This document shows positions 55,792 through 63,028 of a DNA stretch of 63,028 bases, in pieces. The stretch's first letter is position 1. Every line of letters begins with the position of its first letter. Source of the DNA: a virus. Its lineage: Duplodnaviria > Caudoviricetes. The stretch is from the IMG/VR virus record IMGVR_UViG_3300048625_000378, positions 1 to 63,028 of that record. One strand, 5' to 3'. A program made the translations under genes and the position numbers. A model generated the notes under the pieces. It was not told the origin of the DNA. It saw only the letters and a list, made by a program, of their open reading frames with translations, and did no database searches.

Positions 55792-55851
55792 AAAGTTGTC
55801 GAGTAATGTGTGTTACTCCTGATGATGGTTGAAAACAACCGAAACAGCTTT
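55792..55851 (+). ncRNA. Type III hammerhead ribozyme
   Basis: AAAGTTGTC | GAGTAA-tgtgtg-TTACTC CTGATGA t GGTTG-aaaa-CAACC GAAA CAGCTTT: core and all three stems present. Confidence 0.88.
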
Positions 55852-55891
55852 TTAAAAATAATCTAATCGCAAATAAATAATCTATCACATT

Positions 55892-57172
55892 ATGAAAACA
55901 ATCTTATCACAAACAGAAAAAACAAAAATCACTAATTCATTAAGAGGCTGGGAGGGTAGAACCTCAACGGCTGAAACTGGCGAAGGCTGGGAAATTGTAA
56001 CAATAAAAAGGGCAAGCGGTTTTATTACTTCAACAGCGCAGAAAGTTAAATTTTTGCCAAATGGGGCTTTGACTTACTCACTTTTTTCAGATGCTAGAAT
56101 TAACCTATTAAGCGAAAAAGGTAAGGCAACAGAAAACAAAATAAAAGAATTACACGCTAAAGCCTTGATATTGTTTGATGCTCACCCCGAAGCGGTGAAG
56201 ATTAACGAAGCCGAGCCGTACAAAATTGAAATAGGGCAGCGTGTTTTTCTTGATGGTTACGGAAAAGGGCAACGAGACGGGAACGCAATAATTTACGCCA
56301 TTAATTCAACAGACTGGGGAATTAATTATTTGACAATTGACATTGATACGCTGGAACTTTCAACAGTTAGCCACATTAGAGACTATAAAGAAAAATTTGG
56401 GATTGGAACGTACTACATTGAGGGCGATAAATTCAAGGGATCAATTGACGATTTAAACAATTTCGTTATTGACGCAAAACAAAAAGAAGCTCAAGAAATA
56501 GAACGAGCCAAATCCAGCAGAATATTAGAGGACCAATTGAGAAAAGCAAAAATTGAAGAGGGGAAAAAACTTGTTTCTATTCCAAAAGACGCAAAATGTG
56601 TTATTGTTGCAGATATGTACCAAGACAACAGCGACAGCCAAACGGATTATTTTAATACTTCAGTATCTTTTTTTGTTGTACTTGCTTTTAGTTCAAACGA
56701 GCGTAACAACATGCAAGAACTTAAAAAAGCGTGTTTAAACTATGAAGAAACGGAAAAATTTGCAAACGATTCAAAATTCGAGCATAACGACGGACATAGT
56801 TATCTACCTAATTACTACGTCGGTTCTAGAGACTGGTACGGCTGGAAAGTAAACAAAAATAAATACACTATCAACCTTTCGACTGAAGCAGGGCGAGAGC
56901 TTGTATATATAGCAGCAGCGGAAGGGCGTTACTTCGTGCCTAACGTAGCCGAGCCAGAAAAAAAATCTATTGAAAGCCTTAAAATTGGCAGTATTGAAAT
57001 AGTCGACTATTCAGAAAAAGCAATCGCAGTAATAGGAGACACAAAACCAATAAAAGACCAATTAAAAGAACTAGGCGGACGTTTTAATTTTCGTTTAAGT
57101 TGTGGGGCTGGCTGGATCTTCCAAAAGTCAAAACAAACAGAAATCGAAAAACTAATACAGGGGCTTAAATAG
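55892..57172 (+). CDS. Early multidomain protein with polyvalent-protein-associated (LPD-type) motifs
   Basis: DNSDSQTDYFN; C-terminal IVDYSEKAIAVIGDTKPIKDQLKELGGRFN..GWIF. Confidence 0.65.
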   Translation: MKTILSQTEKTKITNSLRGWEGRTSTAETGEGWEIVTIKRASGFITSTAQKVKFLPNGALTYSLFSDARINLLSEKGKATENKIKELHAKALILFDAHPEAVKINEAEPYKIEIGQRVFLDGYGKGQRDGNAIIYAINSTDWGINYLTIDIDTLELSTVSHIRDYKEKFGIGTYYIEGDKFKGSIDDLNNFVIDAKQKEAQEIERAKSSRILEDQLRKAKIEEGKKLVSIPKDAKCVIVADMYQDNSDSQTDYFNTSVSFFVVLAFSSNERNNMQELKKACLNYEETEKFANDSKFEHNDGHSYLPNYYVGSRDWYGWKVNKNKYTINLSTEAGRELVYIAAAEGRYFVPNVAEPEKKSIESLKIGSIEIVDYSEKAIAVIGDTKPIKDQLKELGGRFNFRLSCGAGWIFQKSKQTEIEKLIQGLK

Positions 57173-57181
57173 CCCCTTTTT
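57159..57181 (+). terminator. Intrinsic terminator
   Basis: AGGGGCT-taaat-AGCCCCT-TTTT. Confidence 0.7.
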
Positions 57182-57193
57182 AAAACTTATATC

Positions 57194-57673
57194 ATGGCAA
57201 ACTGGTGTACGAACTGGGTAATTTTTTCGGGAGAAGAAACCCAAATAAAAAAAGCAAATGCAATGTTTAAAACAATGCAAGAAAAAGAAAAAGAAACGAA
57301 CGAGGGGCAAATACCGTCATTTATGGCAGAACCTAAAGAAGGATTTTTCTTTGAAATTTATGAAGACGAAAGCGAAATTATAAGTTACTCTACAAAGTGG
57401 TCGCCAAACATTAACGACTTGATAGAAATTGCAAATCATTTTAAATTAGGCTTCGAGGTTCTTTATGAAGAAATTGGAAATCAAATTTTTGGTAAAGCGA
57501 TTTTTACGGCTGGAAATTCAGAAGCTAAAAAATACGACCTAGCAAGCGAAGATTTTGAAGAATGCCAATACGATGAAGATGCAGACATCTATAAATACAA
57601 CGGCGAAGAATACGAATCTGACAGCGAAATTTTACAAACCATTTTTCAAAAAAAATTTAATTTCAGTTATTAA
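57194..57673 (+). CDS. DUF1281/YubB-like ferredoxin-fold protein
   Basis: MANWCTN..; YSTKWSPN; YEEIG..IFG. Confidence 0.7.
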   Translation: MANWCTNWVIFSGEETQIKKANAMFKTMQEKEKETNEGQIPSFMAEPKEGFFFEIYEDESEIISYSTKWSPNINDLIEIANHFKLGFEVLYEEIGNQIFGKAIFTAGNSEAKKYDLASEDFEECQYDEDADIYKYNGEEYESDSEILQTIFQKKFNFSY

Positions 57674-57685
57674 AAACTATTATTT

Positions 57686-57973
57686 ATGAAAACAATAACA
57701 CTTCAAGGTGAATTTCAAAAATTTGAGAACCTTAACCAAGCAACGAGCAATTTTGATAAAAATAGACTGCCTTATGAAGTAGAAACAAGAGTTTACATAG
57801 TAGACTCAAATTTTTCAGATTGCTTTGTAAACGAACTGCCAGACAATGAATTTATAGAACTAGCCGAAGAACAGGGCAGAGTTTATACTTTAGAAGGCTT
57901 TCAAGAAGCGTTTAATTTGGCTGAGATCAACTCTTCTATTGATGTAATTAGATTTATTAACGTAATTATTTAA
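57686..57973 (+). CDS. Hypothetical protein
   Basis: EFIELAEEQGRVYTLEGFQEAFN. Confidence 0.65.
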   Translation: MKTITLQGEFQKFENLNQATSNFDKNRLPYEVETRVYIVDSNFSDCFVNELPDNEFIELAEEQGRVYTLEGFQEAFNLAEINSSIDVIRFINVII

Positions 57974-57977
57974 AACT

Positions 57978-58094
57978 ATGTTTACACTCGGATTATTACC
58001 TAACTTTAAAGGGACTAAAAAAGAGTTTATAAAAGCTCTGGCTATTTGTTTAGTGCTTGATGCTTGTATTATATTGGCTGTTTGGTTCGCCTAA
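57978..58094 (+). CDS. 38-aa membrane peptide
   Basis: MFTLGLLPNFKGTKKEFIKALAICLVLDACIILAVWFA; TAAAACT before ATG; not in the ORF track. Confidence 0.5.
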   Translation: MFTLGLLPNFKGTKKEFIKALAICLVLDACIILAVWFA

Positions 58095-58149
58095 CGTAGC
58101 CCGACCGAAAAAATTATTATATTTAACAAATCTTAAAATCTTATCACAC

Positions 58150-58368
58150 ATGAAACCAAAAACATCAATTAAAGCAACAAAAATAGGAGCGGGGCAATTC
58201 AAAATTTCAGTAATGCGGGATTGGGAAGATATAGGCTCTTTTATTGAAAACACTCACATTGACGACATTCAAGAGATGATACAAGAAGGATTTGAATCAA
58301 ATTTATCCCACTTTGAAACTTTTGAAGAAGTCGAAAACTATTGTATCACTAAAGCAAAAAAATCATAA
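58150..58368 (+). CDS. Hypothetical protein
   Basis: MKPKTSIK start with a leader like that of 55892. Confidence 0.55.
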   Translation: MKPKTSIKATKIGAGQFKISVMRDWEDIGSFIENTHIDDIQEMIQEGFESNLSHFETFEEVENYCITKAKKS

Positions 58369-58414
58369 AAAAATCATATTATGTTTTGAAATATGATTTT
58401 TATGTGTACATTTG

Positions 58415-58856
58415 CTGTAATCAATCTGGGCGGAATCAGATTTGATTATCTGATAAAGCACCAGAATTGATGTAAAAAGATACCCTTAATCAAGTCACTC
58501 CGCCCGACAAGATTAAGGGATTTTCTTTTTATAAGACTTTCCAAACAAGTTTTACCTCTTAACTGAAAAATAAGAACCGTATATAAAAGTGATTTTGTAG
58601 TAGGCGGCGGAGTAATCCAAAAAGTAAAATCTAATGCTGTTAATAAATCTCGCAATGAGTTAGCTTCTCAACGAGTGTTGCAATCCGAAAGGTAATAAAA
58701 ACAGTAAACGACAAACCCATAATCGAAAGATTGAAGTAAATAAGAAATTGGGGCAACTCGGAAGTATAGATTTTTTCGCTTGATAACTAATTTAAGGGTA
58801 GTTATAAATGTTGTCATTTCCCACTAGGGGGTATTGCAACATAAAAGCTTCGCTAT
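58415..58856 (+). ncRNA. Candidate structured RNA/attenuator
   Basis: TACATTTG promoter at 58407-58414, complementary loops, many hairpins, no credible ORF. Confidence 0.45.
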
Positions 58857-58926
58857 GTAATAACATTAAAAAAATATTATTACTTAAATAAAAAAATTTA
58901 TATTTGTTTCATAAAAAGTAATCCCA

Positions 58927-59580
58927 ATGATTGAACTATTTGAAACAGCGTTAAAATCTCCTGCTGGAAGTTTTGCTTTTGTATTGTCTTTTCTGGCAGT
59001 TACTTATTTAGTTATATGGAAAGTATCGCATTTTACAACCAAATTTAACTCAGTTGAAAAAATGGAAAATGCAATAGAGAGCATAAAAGGAGATATTCAT
59101 TCGATAAAAGCATCTATTCAATACAATTCGGACCTGATTAAGCTAAATTCAGATTCAATTAAATTAGTAAGCGATTCTATTAAATCAATTACCGATTTGA
59201 ACAACCCGTTTGCTCAAAGACAAAGCCCTGTTTCTATGACCGATAAAGGGAAAGAGGTTTCAGACGAAATAAAATTAAATGAAATTATCGCAACCCACTG
59301 GGAAAAAATTAACACCCAATTAAACGATATTTTAAATTCTGACTGTAACCCTTACGACATACAAGTAGAGAGTTTTAAAATAGGGGAGCAATACCAACAC
59401 TTCTTAAGTTCTGAAGAATTAAAAGCAGTAAAAAATCACGCTTTTAAATCTGGATTCAATTTAGAAGTTTATAACCTACTCTTTGGAATAGCAATAAGAG
59501 ATAAGTATTTATCTATTAAAGGAATTGATAAGTCTGACATTGATCTTTACGACCCGATTAGCAAATCTAAAAATAGCTAA
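58927..59580 (+). CDS. Membrane-anchored coiled-coil protein (moron-like)
   Basis: Own TATATTTG at 58899-58906 and downstream terminator; N-terminal TM. Confidence 0.65.
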   Translation: MIELFETALKSPAGSFAFVLSFLAVTYLVIWKVSHFTTKFNSVEKMENAIESIKGDIHSIKASIQYNSDLIKLNSDSIKLVSDSIKSITDLNNPFAQRQSPVSMTDKGKEVSDEIKLNEIIATHWEKINTQLNDILNSDCNPYDIQVESFKIGEQYQHFLSSEELKAVKNHAFKSGFNLEVYNLLFGIAIRDKYLSIKGIDKSDIDLYDPISKSKNS

Positions 59581-59585
59581 TAAAT

Positions 59586-59614
59586 AAAAAACCCCGCTTT
59601 TAAGCGAGGTTTTT
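59586..59614. terminator. Bidirectional terminator
   Basis: AAAAACCCCGCT-ttta-AGCGAGGTTTTT. Confidence 0.7.
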
Positions 59615-59706
59615 GTTACGCATTATTTTGCTTCTTCTCAAATAAGGATAAAATTGAAAAAAGTAAAATAAATCCAGCAATTGAAATTACGACAGAATAT
59701 TTAAGA

Positions 59707-60027
59707 TTAGTAAGCTAAATAGTAGTATAATTCAAGTATAAATATTTTTTCTTGGTGGTTAAAATAAGATAATAACAACATTACACAAGTAGTAAAGACT
59801 AAAATAGAACTAAATTTATATTTTGATTTAGAATTATAAACAAAGAAAATAAACAAAGAAAATAAAAGAGGTAATATAAAGACTATGCAGAATAATATAG
59901 CGCTTTTAAAACCTTCTTTAAACAATTGATTATTAATTAAAAATGAATAAATTAACACAGCCAAAACAGTTAGGATATACTTTGTTAACGACTTGGTCAA
60001 AATAATAACTGTTCTTTTCTGTAACAT
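59707..60027 (-). CDS. Small multi-pass membrane protein
   Basis: Three hydrophobic segments, very AT-rich. Confidence 0.5.
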   Translation of the reverse strand: MLQKRTVIILTKSLTKYILTVLAVLIYSFLINNQLFKEGFKSAILFCIVFILPLLFSLFIFFVYNSKSKYKFSSILVFTTCVMLLLSYFNHQEKIFILELYYYLAY

Positions 60028-60044
60028 TTTAATTGAAAAATTAA

Positions 60045-60440
60045 TTAGCCTTTAGTAAAACCATTAGTTTCTTTTTTAGTGTAAAAGTAACCATATATCC
60101 CGCCTGAAATTAAAAGCAAACAGCCAAACCAGTCTATATATTCCAAAACATTATTTGTAATTAAATAATATGCCAACAATAAAACATAGATAAACAACAA
60201 TATTAAAAAAACAAATATTGTTTCTTTTTTAAATTTTGGCGCAATAGCATACGATAGCCCAACAAAAATTCCGCCTTGAGAAAATTGCGAAATCAAATTA
60301 ATTAAAAACCTCCAAAATTTGTCGTCTGGGTTAATATAAAGCCCTAGTCCGATTGTGGTTATGTATGGAAGCAAATAACTACCTAAAATACATATAGGCA
60401 AAATAAATATCCATTTTAGGATGATAACTGTTCTTTTCAT
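60045..60440 (-). CDS. Four-TM membrane protein
   Basis: Hydrophobic segments; SYAIAPKFK loop. Confidence 0.6.
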   Translation of the reverse strand: MKRTVIILKWIFILPICILGSYLLPYITTIGLGLYINPDDKFWRFLINLISQFSQGGIFVGLSYAIAPKFKKETIFVFLILLFIYVLLLAYYLITNNVLEYIDWFGCLLLISGGIYGYFYTKKETNGFTKG

Positions 60441-60493
60441 TGGGTGATTTTTTTATGATTACATCGCTAAAATAAAAAAAATTCGCGAACAAC

Positions 60494-60709
60494 TTGCACA
60501 ATTAAAAATTATTTGTAATTTTGAAACGTCAAGATTACCAAAGTATTGATTTCAATACAATTTTATCGAAAAAAAATACTCCTTACAATAAAGGCGTAGC
60601 TTAATCTCAATTCTTATCGTTTCAATACGTTAGGTGGTCTTGACAACCGAGAGGCGGTTACGCCCTATTTTTTATTTTTTTAGTTACTTTTTTACTAATG
60701 TCAAGACCA
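60494..60709 (+). promoter_or_regulatory. Promoter and antisense-type leader of the antirepressor operon
   Basis: TTG-19 bp-TAATTTTG; TGGTCTTGACA complementary to the start region TGTCAAGACCA. Confidence 0.6.
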
Positions 60710-60982
60710 GTAGAAACAACAACTAAAGAGGTACAAGGTACTTCTTCTGTTGCGTCAACTTCACGAAACGAAGCTATCGAAAGATTACAAGAATATTTTA
60801 ATCTTTCAATTTCTCCCGAACAAACCGCCAAAATTTTACGTCAGGCGGTGTTTACAATTTCCGAATTTCAAATAATGCAACAGGACGAGCCATCAACTTA
60901 TGATGGTTCTGTGTATAGCGTTATTTTTTATTTGAACGACCTAGCCGAAACGTTAGACCCTTACTTTACCAAAGAATCTTAG
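60698..60982 (+). CDS. Hypothetical protein upstream of the antirepressor
   Basis: ORF ends 4 bp before the ant start. Confidence 0.6.
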   Translation: MSRPVETTTKEVQGTSSVASTSRNEAIERLQEYFNLSISPEQTAKILRQAVFTISEFQIMQQDEPSTYDGSVYSVIFYLNDLAETLDPYFTKES

Positions 60983-60986
60983 CGCC

Positions 60987-61634
60987 ATGAACTCTTTAAT
61001 TAACATTACCACAAATAATCAAGGATTGAGTGTGGTAAGCGCTAGAGATTTGCACGAGTTTTTAGAAATAAAAACAGATTTTTCAAATTGGTGTAAACGT
61101 ATGTTTGAGTATGGTTTTGAAGAAGGAAAAGACTTTACGCCAATTTTGGCGAAAAGTATAGGAGGCAGACCTTCAGTAGATTACGCTTTAACTATCGACA
61201 CATCAAAAGAAATTTCGATGATCCAGCGTTCAGACAAAGGTAAAGAAGCTCGTATGTATTTTATCGAGTGTGAGAAAATTGCAAAAGAATCTAAAAAAGT
61301 ACTAACTCCAGCAGAACAGCTTTTTGAAAATGCCAGATTGCTTTTAGAAATAGACCGCAAACAAAAAGAAACCGAAAAGCGTATAGAGGTTTTAGAAGCT
61401 AAAACTACAACTAGACCCGACTATTTTACGATAGTTGGATTTGCTAATCTAAACGGGGTTAATTGTGGCTTAAAATTAGCCTCTAGGCTCGGAAGGATTT
61501 GCAAAGCAGAAGCTAAAAGACTTGGGGTAAAATTAGACACGTTGCCCGACCCTCGTTTTGGAATGGTCAATCTATATCCAACCGAGCTTTTGCGAAAAAC
61601 TTTTATAGAAGAAAACCTAATTAACAATATTTAA
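60987..61634 (+). CDS. AntA/AntB-family antirepressor
   Basis: VSARDLHEFLEIKTDFSNW...YGFEEGKDF...GGRPSVDYALTIDTSKEISM...ARMYFIECE. Confidence 0.9.
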   Translation: MNSLINITTNNQGLSVVSARDLHEFLEIKTDFSNWCKRMFEYGFEEGKDFTPILAKSIGGRPSVDYALTIDTSKEISMIQRSDKGKEARMYFIECEKIAKESKKVLTPAEQLFENARLLLEIDRKQKETEKRIEVLEAKTTTRPDYFTIVGFANLNGVNCGLKLASRLGRICKAEAKRLGVKLDTLPDPRFGMVNLYPTELLRKTFIEENLINNI

Positions 61635-61693
61635 CCCAAAAAGGGGCTATTAGAATTTTTCTTTTAGCCCCTTTAATTTTAAAACGTACCCAA

Positions 61694-61864
61694 ATGCTAA
61701 AATTAATCAATCCAGTATTAGAAGCCGAGACGCTTCAAATTATTCTAAAAGAAGAAAAAGACGCTCTTCGAAAAGAAACGCAGCCAGAACTTAAAAAAAT
61801 GCGAAAAACCCGCATTAATGAAGCAAAAGAATTAAATAAAAAATATCTAATCATTTTAAACTAA
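61694..61864 (+). CDS. 56-aa basic helical protein
   Basis: MLKLINPVLEAET...; not in the ORF track. Confidence 0.45.
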   Translation: MLKLINPVLEAETLQIILKEEKDALRKETQPELKKMRKTRINEAKELNKKYLIILN

Positions 61865-61874
61865 ATCTAAAATC

Positions 61875-62780
61875 ATGAAAATCGAAAACAAAGTTTTATT
61901 AGCATTCAATGAGAATGACGTAAAAAATGGAGTATTAACTATTCCTAATTCAGTAACTAAAATTGCTGATGAATTATTTGTAAACATTGACTACGTAGAA
62001 AAAGTAGTTGGTAAAAAAGTTACGGCTATTGGAAACTACAATTTCTACGAATGCAACGCCCTGACTTCGGTGGAGTTCCCATTGGTTACGGCTATTGGAA
62101 ACTACAATTTCTACGAATGCAACGCCCTGACTTCGGTGGAGTTCCCATTGGTTACGGCTATTGGAAACGAGAATTTCCGTTACTGCAACGCCCTGACTTC
62201 GGTGGAGTTCCCATTGGTTACGGCTATTGGAAACGAGAATTTCCGTTACTGCAACGCCCTGACTTCGGTGGAGTTCCCATTGGTTACGGCTATTGGAAAC
62301 GAGAATTTCCGTTACTGCAACGCCCTGACTTCGGTGGAGTTCAAAAACAAAAAACTAACTGTAAAATCAATTGATGGTTATTTATTTGTTATTGAAAGCA
62401 AAAAAACCACTAAAGGAATTATTTTATATGTAGGTTATAATTTATACTCATTCAACAAAAACGAAGTAGAGAAAAAAGATTGTTTTGTCGCCGAAAAAGA
62501 TGGATTTTTTGCACATGGAGACAATGTTAAAAAAGCTATTTCGGACGTGCAATTTAAAATCGTTGCCGAAAAATTAAAGAAAGAGCCAATACTTGCGGAT
62601 ACAATGATTTCCGTTATGTATTACAGAACAATCACTGGAGCTTGTGAATTAGGCTGTAGAGATTTTATCGAAAGAAATTCTTTAGAAAAAGAGGAGTATA
62701 GAGCGGATGAATTACTGCCTATTTTGGAGAAAAACGACGCTTATGGTGTAGAAAAATTTAAAAGGTTAATCAAATTTTAA
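61875..62780 (+). CDS. BspA-like (LRR_5) leucine-rich repeat protein
   Basis: TIPNSVTKI; five VTAIGNxNFxxCNALTSVEFP units. Confidence 0.85.
   Translation: MKIENKVLLAFNENDVKNGVLTIPNSVTKIADELFVNIDYVEKVVGKKVTAIGNYNFYECNALTSVEFPLVTAIGNYNFYECNALTSVEFPLVTAIGNENFRYCNALTSVEFPLVTAIGNENFRYCNALTSVEFPLVTAIGNENFRYCNALTSVEFKNKKLTVKSIDGYLFVIESKKTTKGIILYVGYNLYSFNKNEVEKKDCFVAEKDGFFAHGDNVKKAISDVQFKIVAEKLKKEPILADTMISVMYYRTITGACELGCRDFIERNSLEKEEYRADELLPILEKNDAYGVEKFKRLIKF
62019..62342 (+). repeat. 66-bp tandem repeat, about 4.9 copies, two variants
   Basis: Units start at 62019, 62085, 62151, 62217 and 62283. Confidence 0.95.
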
Positions 62781-62785
62781 GCAAT

Positions 62786-62959
62786 ATGAAAAAAGCTAAT
62801 AAATTTTATAAGTGGTTCGCGAAATTAGGAGGAGAGACTACTAATTATCATGATTCCGAAGGTGTCCTAAGAAAGTTAAATATGCCTACATTTTTGATTT
62901 CCTCGCTTAAACAAAGACCGGAAGAAATAAAAGAAAAATATAATCATAAATTCAACTAA
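62786..62959 (+). CDS. 57-aa hypothetical protein
   Basis: MKKANKFYKWFAKLGG...; not in the ORF track. Confidence 0.5.
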   Translation: MKKANKFYKWFAKLGGETTNYHDSEGVLRKLNMPTFLISSLKQRPEEIKEKYNHKFN

Positions 62960-63028
62960 ATCAGCAAAAAAATACCCCGAAAGATTAAATCAATCGGGAT
63001 TTTTCTAATCTAATCCTAAATCATAGGG

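Noticed and set aside
62019-62342. CRISPR array or DGR template/variable repeat
   Set aside because: Units are contiguous in-frame LRR codons without unique spacers; differences are not adenine-specific; no cas or reverse transcriptase gene in the window
62051-62374. Alternative-frame ORF MQRPDFGGVPIGYGYWK
   Set aside because: By-product of a stop-free 66-bp repeat

Overview
AT-rich dsDNA phage DNA, probably most of a genome; the first ORF is cut by the window edge. A Bacteroidota (Flavobacterium-like) host is inferred from TAnnTTTG promoters, A-rich translation starts and DUF3127. Layout: (1) 1-13.5 kb (+): lambda-style recombination/replication arm with excisionase-like HTH, RecT-like protein, exonuclease, SSB, DUF4373 initiator, a frameshifted C5 methyltransferase and many small ORFs. 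(2) 13.7-49.2 kb (-): podovirus virion module resembling crAss-related Flavobacteriaceae phages, with TerS/TerL, portal, scaffold, MCP, ring and nozzle proteins, three internal proteins (one a 2523-aa polyvalent protein), lysis and fibre genes. (3) 49.3-54.5 kb: regulator, GroES, RusA, Tad2-family gene and a tRNA/tRNA-like cluster. (4) 55.5-63 kb (+): early region with a hammerhead ribozyme, leading-region-type genes, an antirepressor and an LRR protein. No integrase, DNA/RNA polymerase or reverse transcriptase is visible. The top candidate new system is a complete host-type promoter hidden inside the giant virion gene. It drives an out-of-frame 52-aa ORF overlapping the start of a protein-kinase domain, suggesting a virion-delivered effector with a nested immunity gene. 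Other highlights: a 148-nt tRNA-Leu-like RNA with an expanded anticodon domain, thrombospondin-1 repeats on a tail protein, and a small-gene array built from identical DNA anchors. All family calls come from motif recognition by eye, not database searches.
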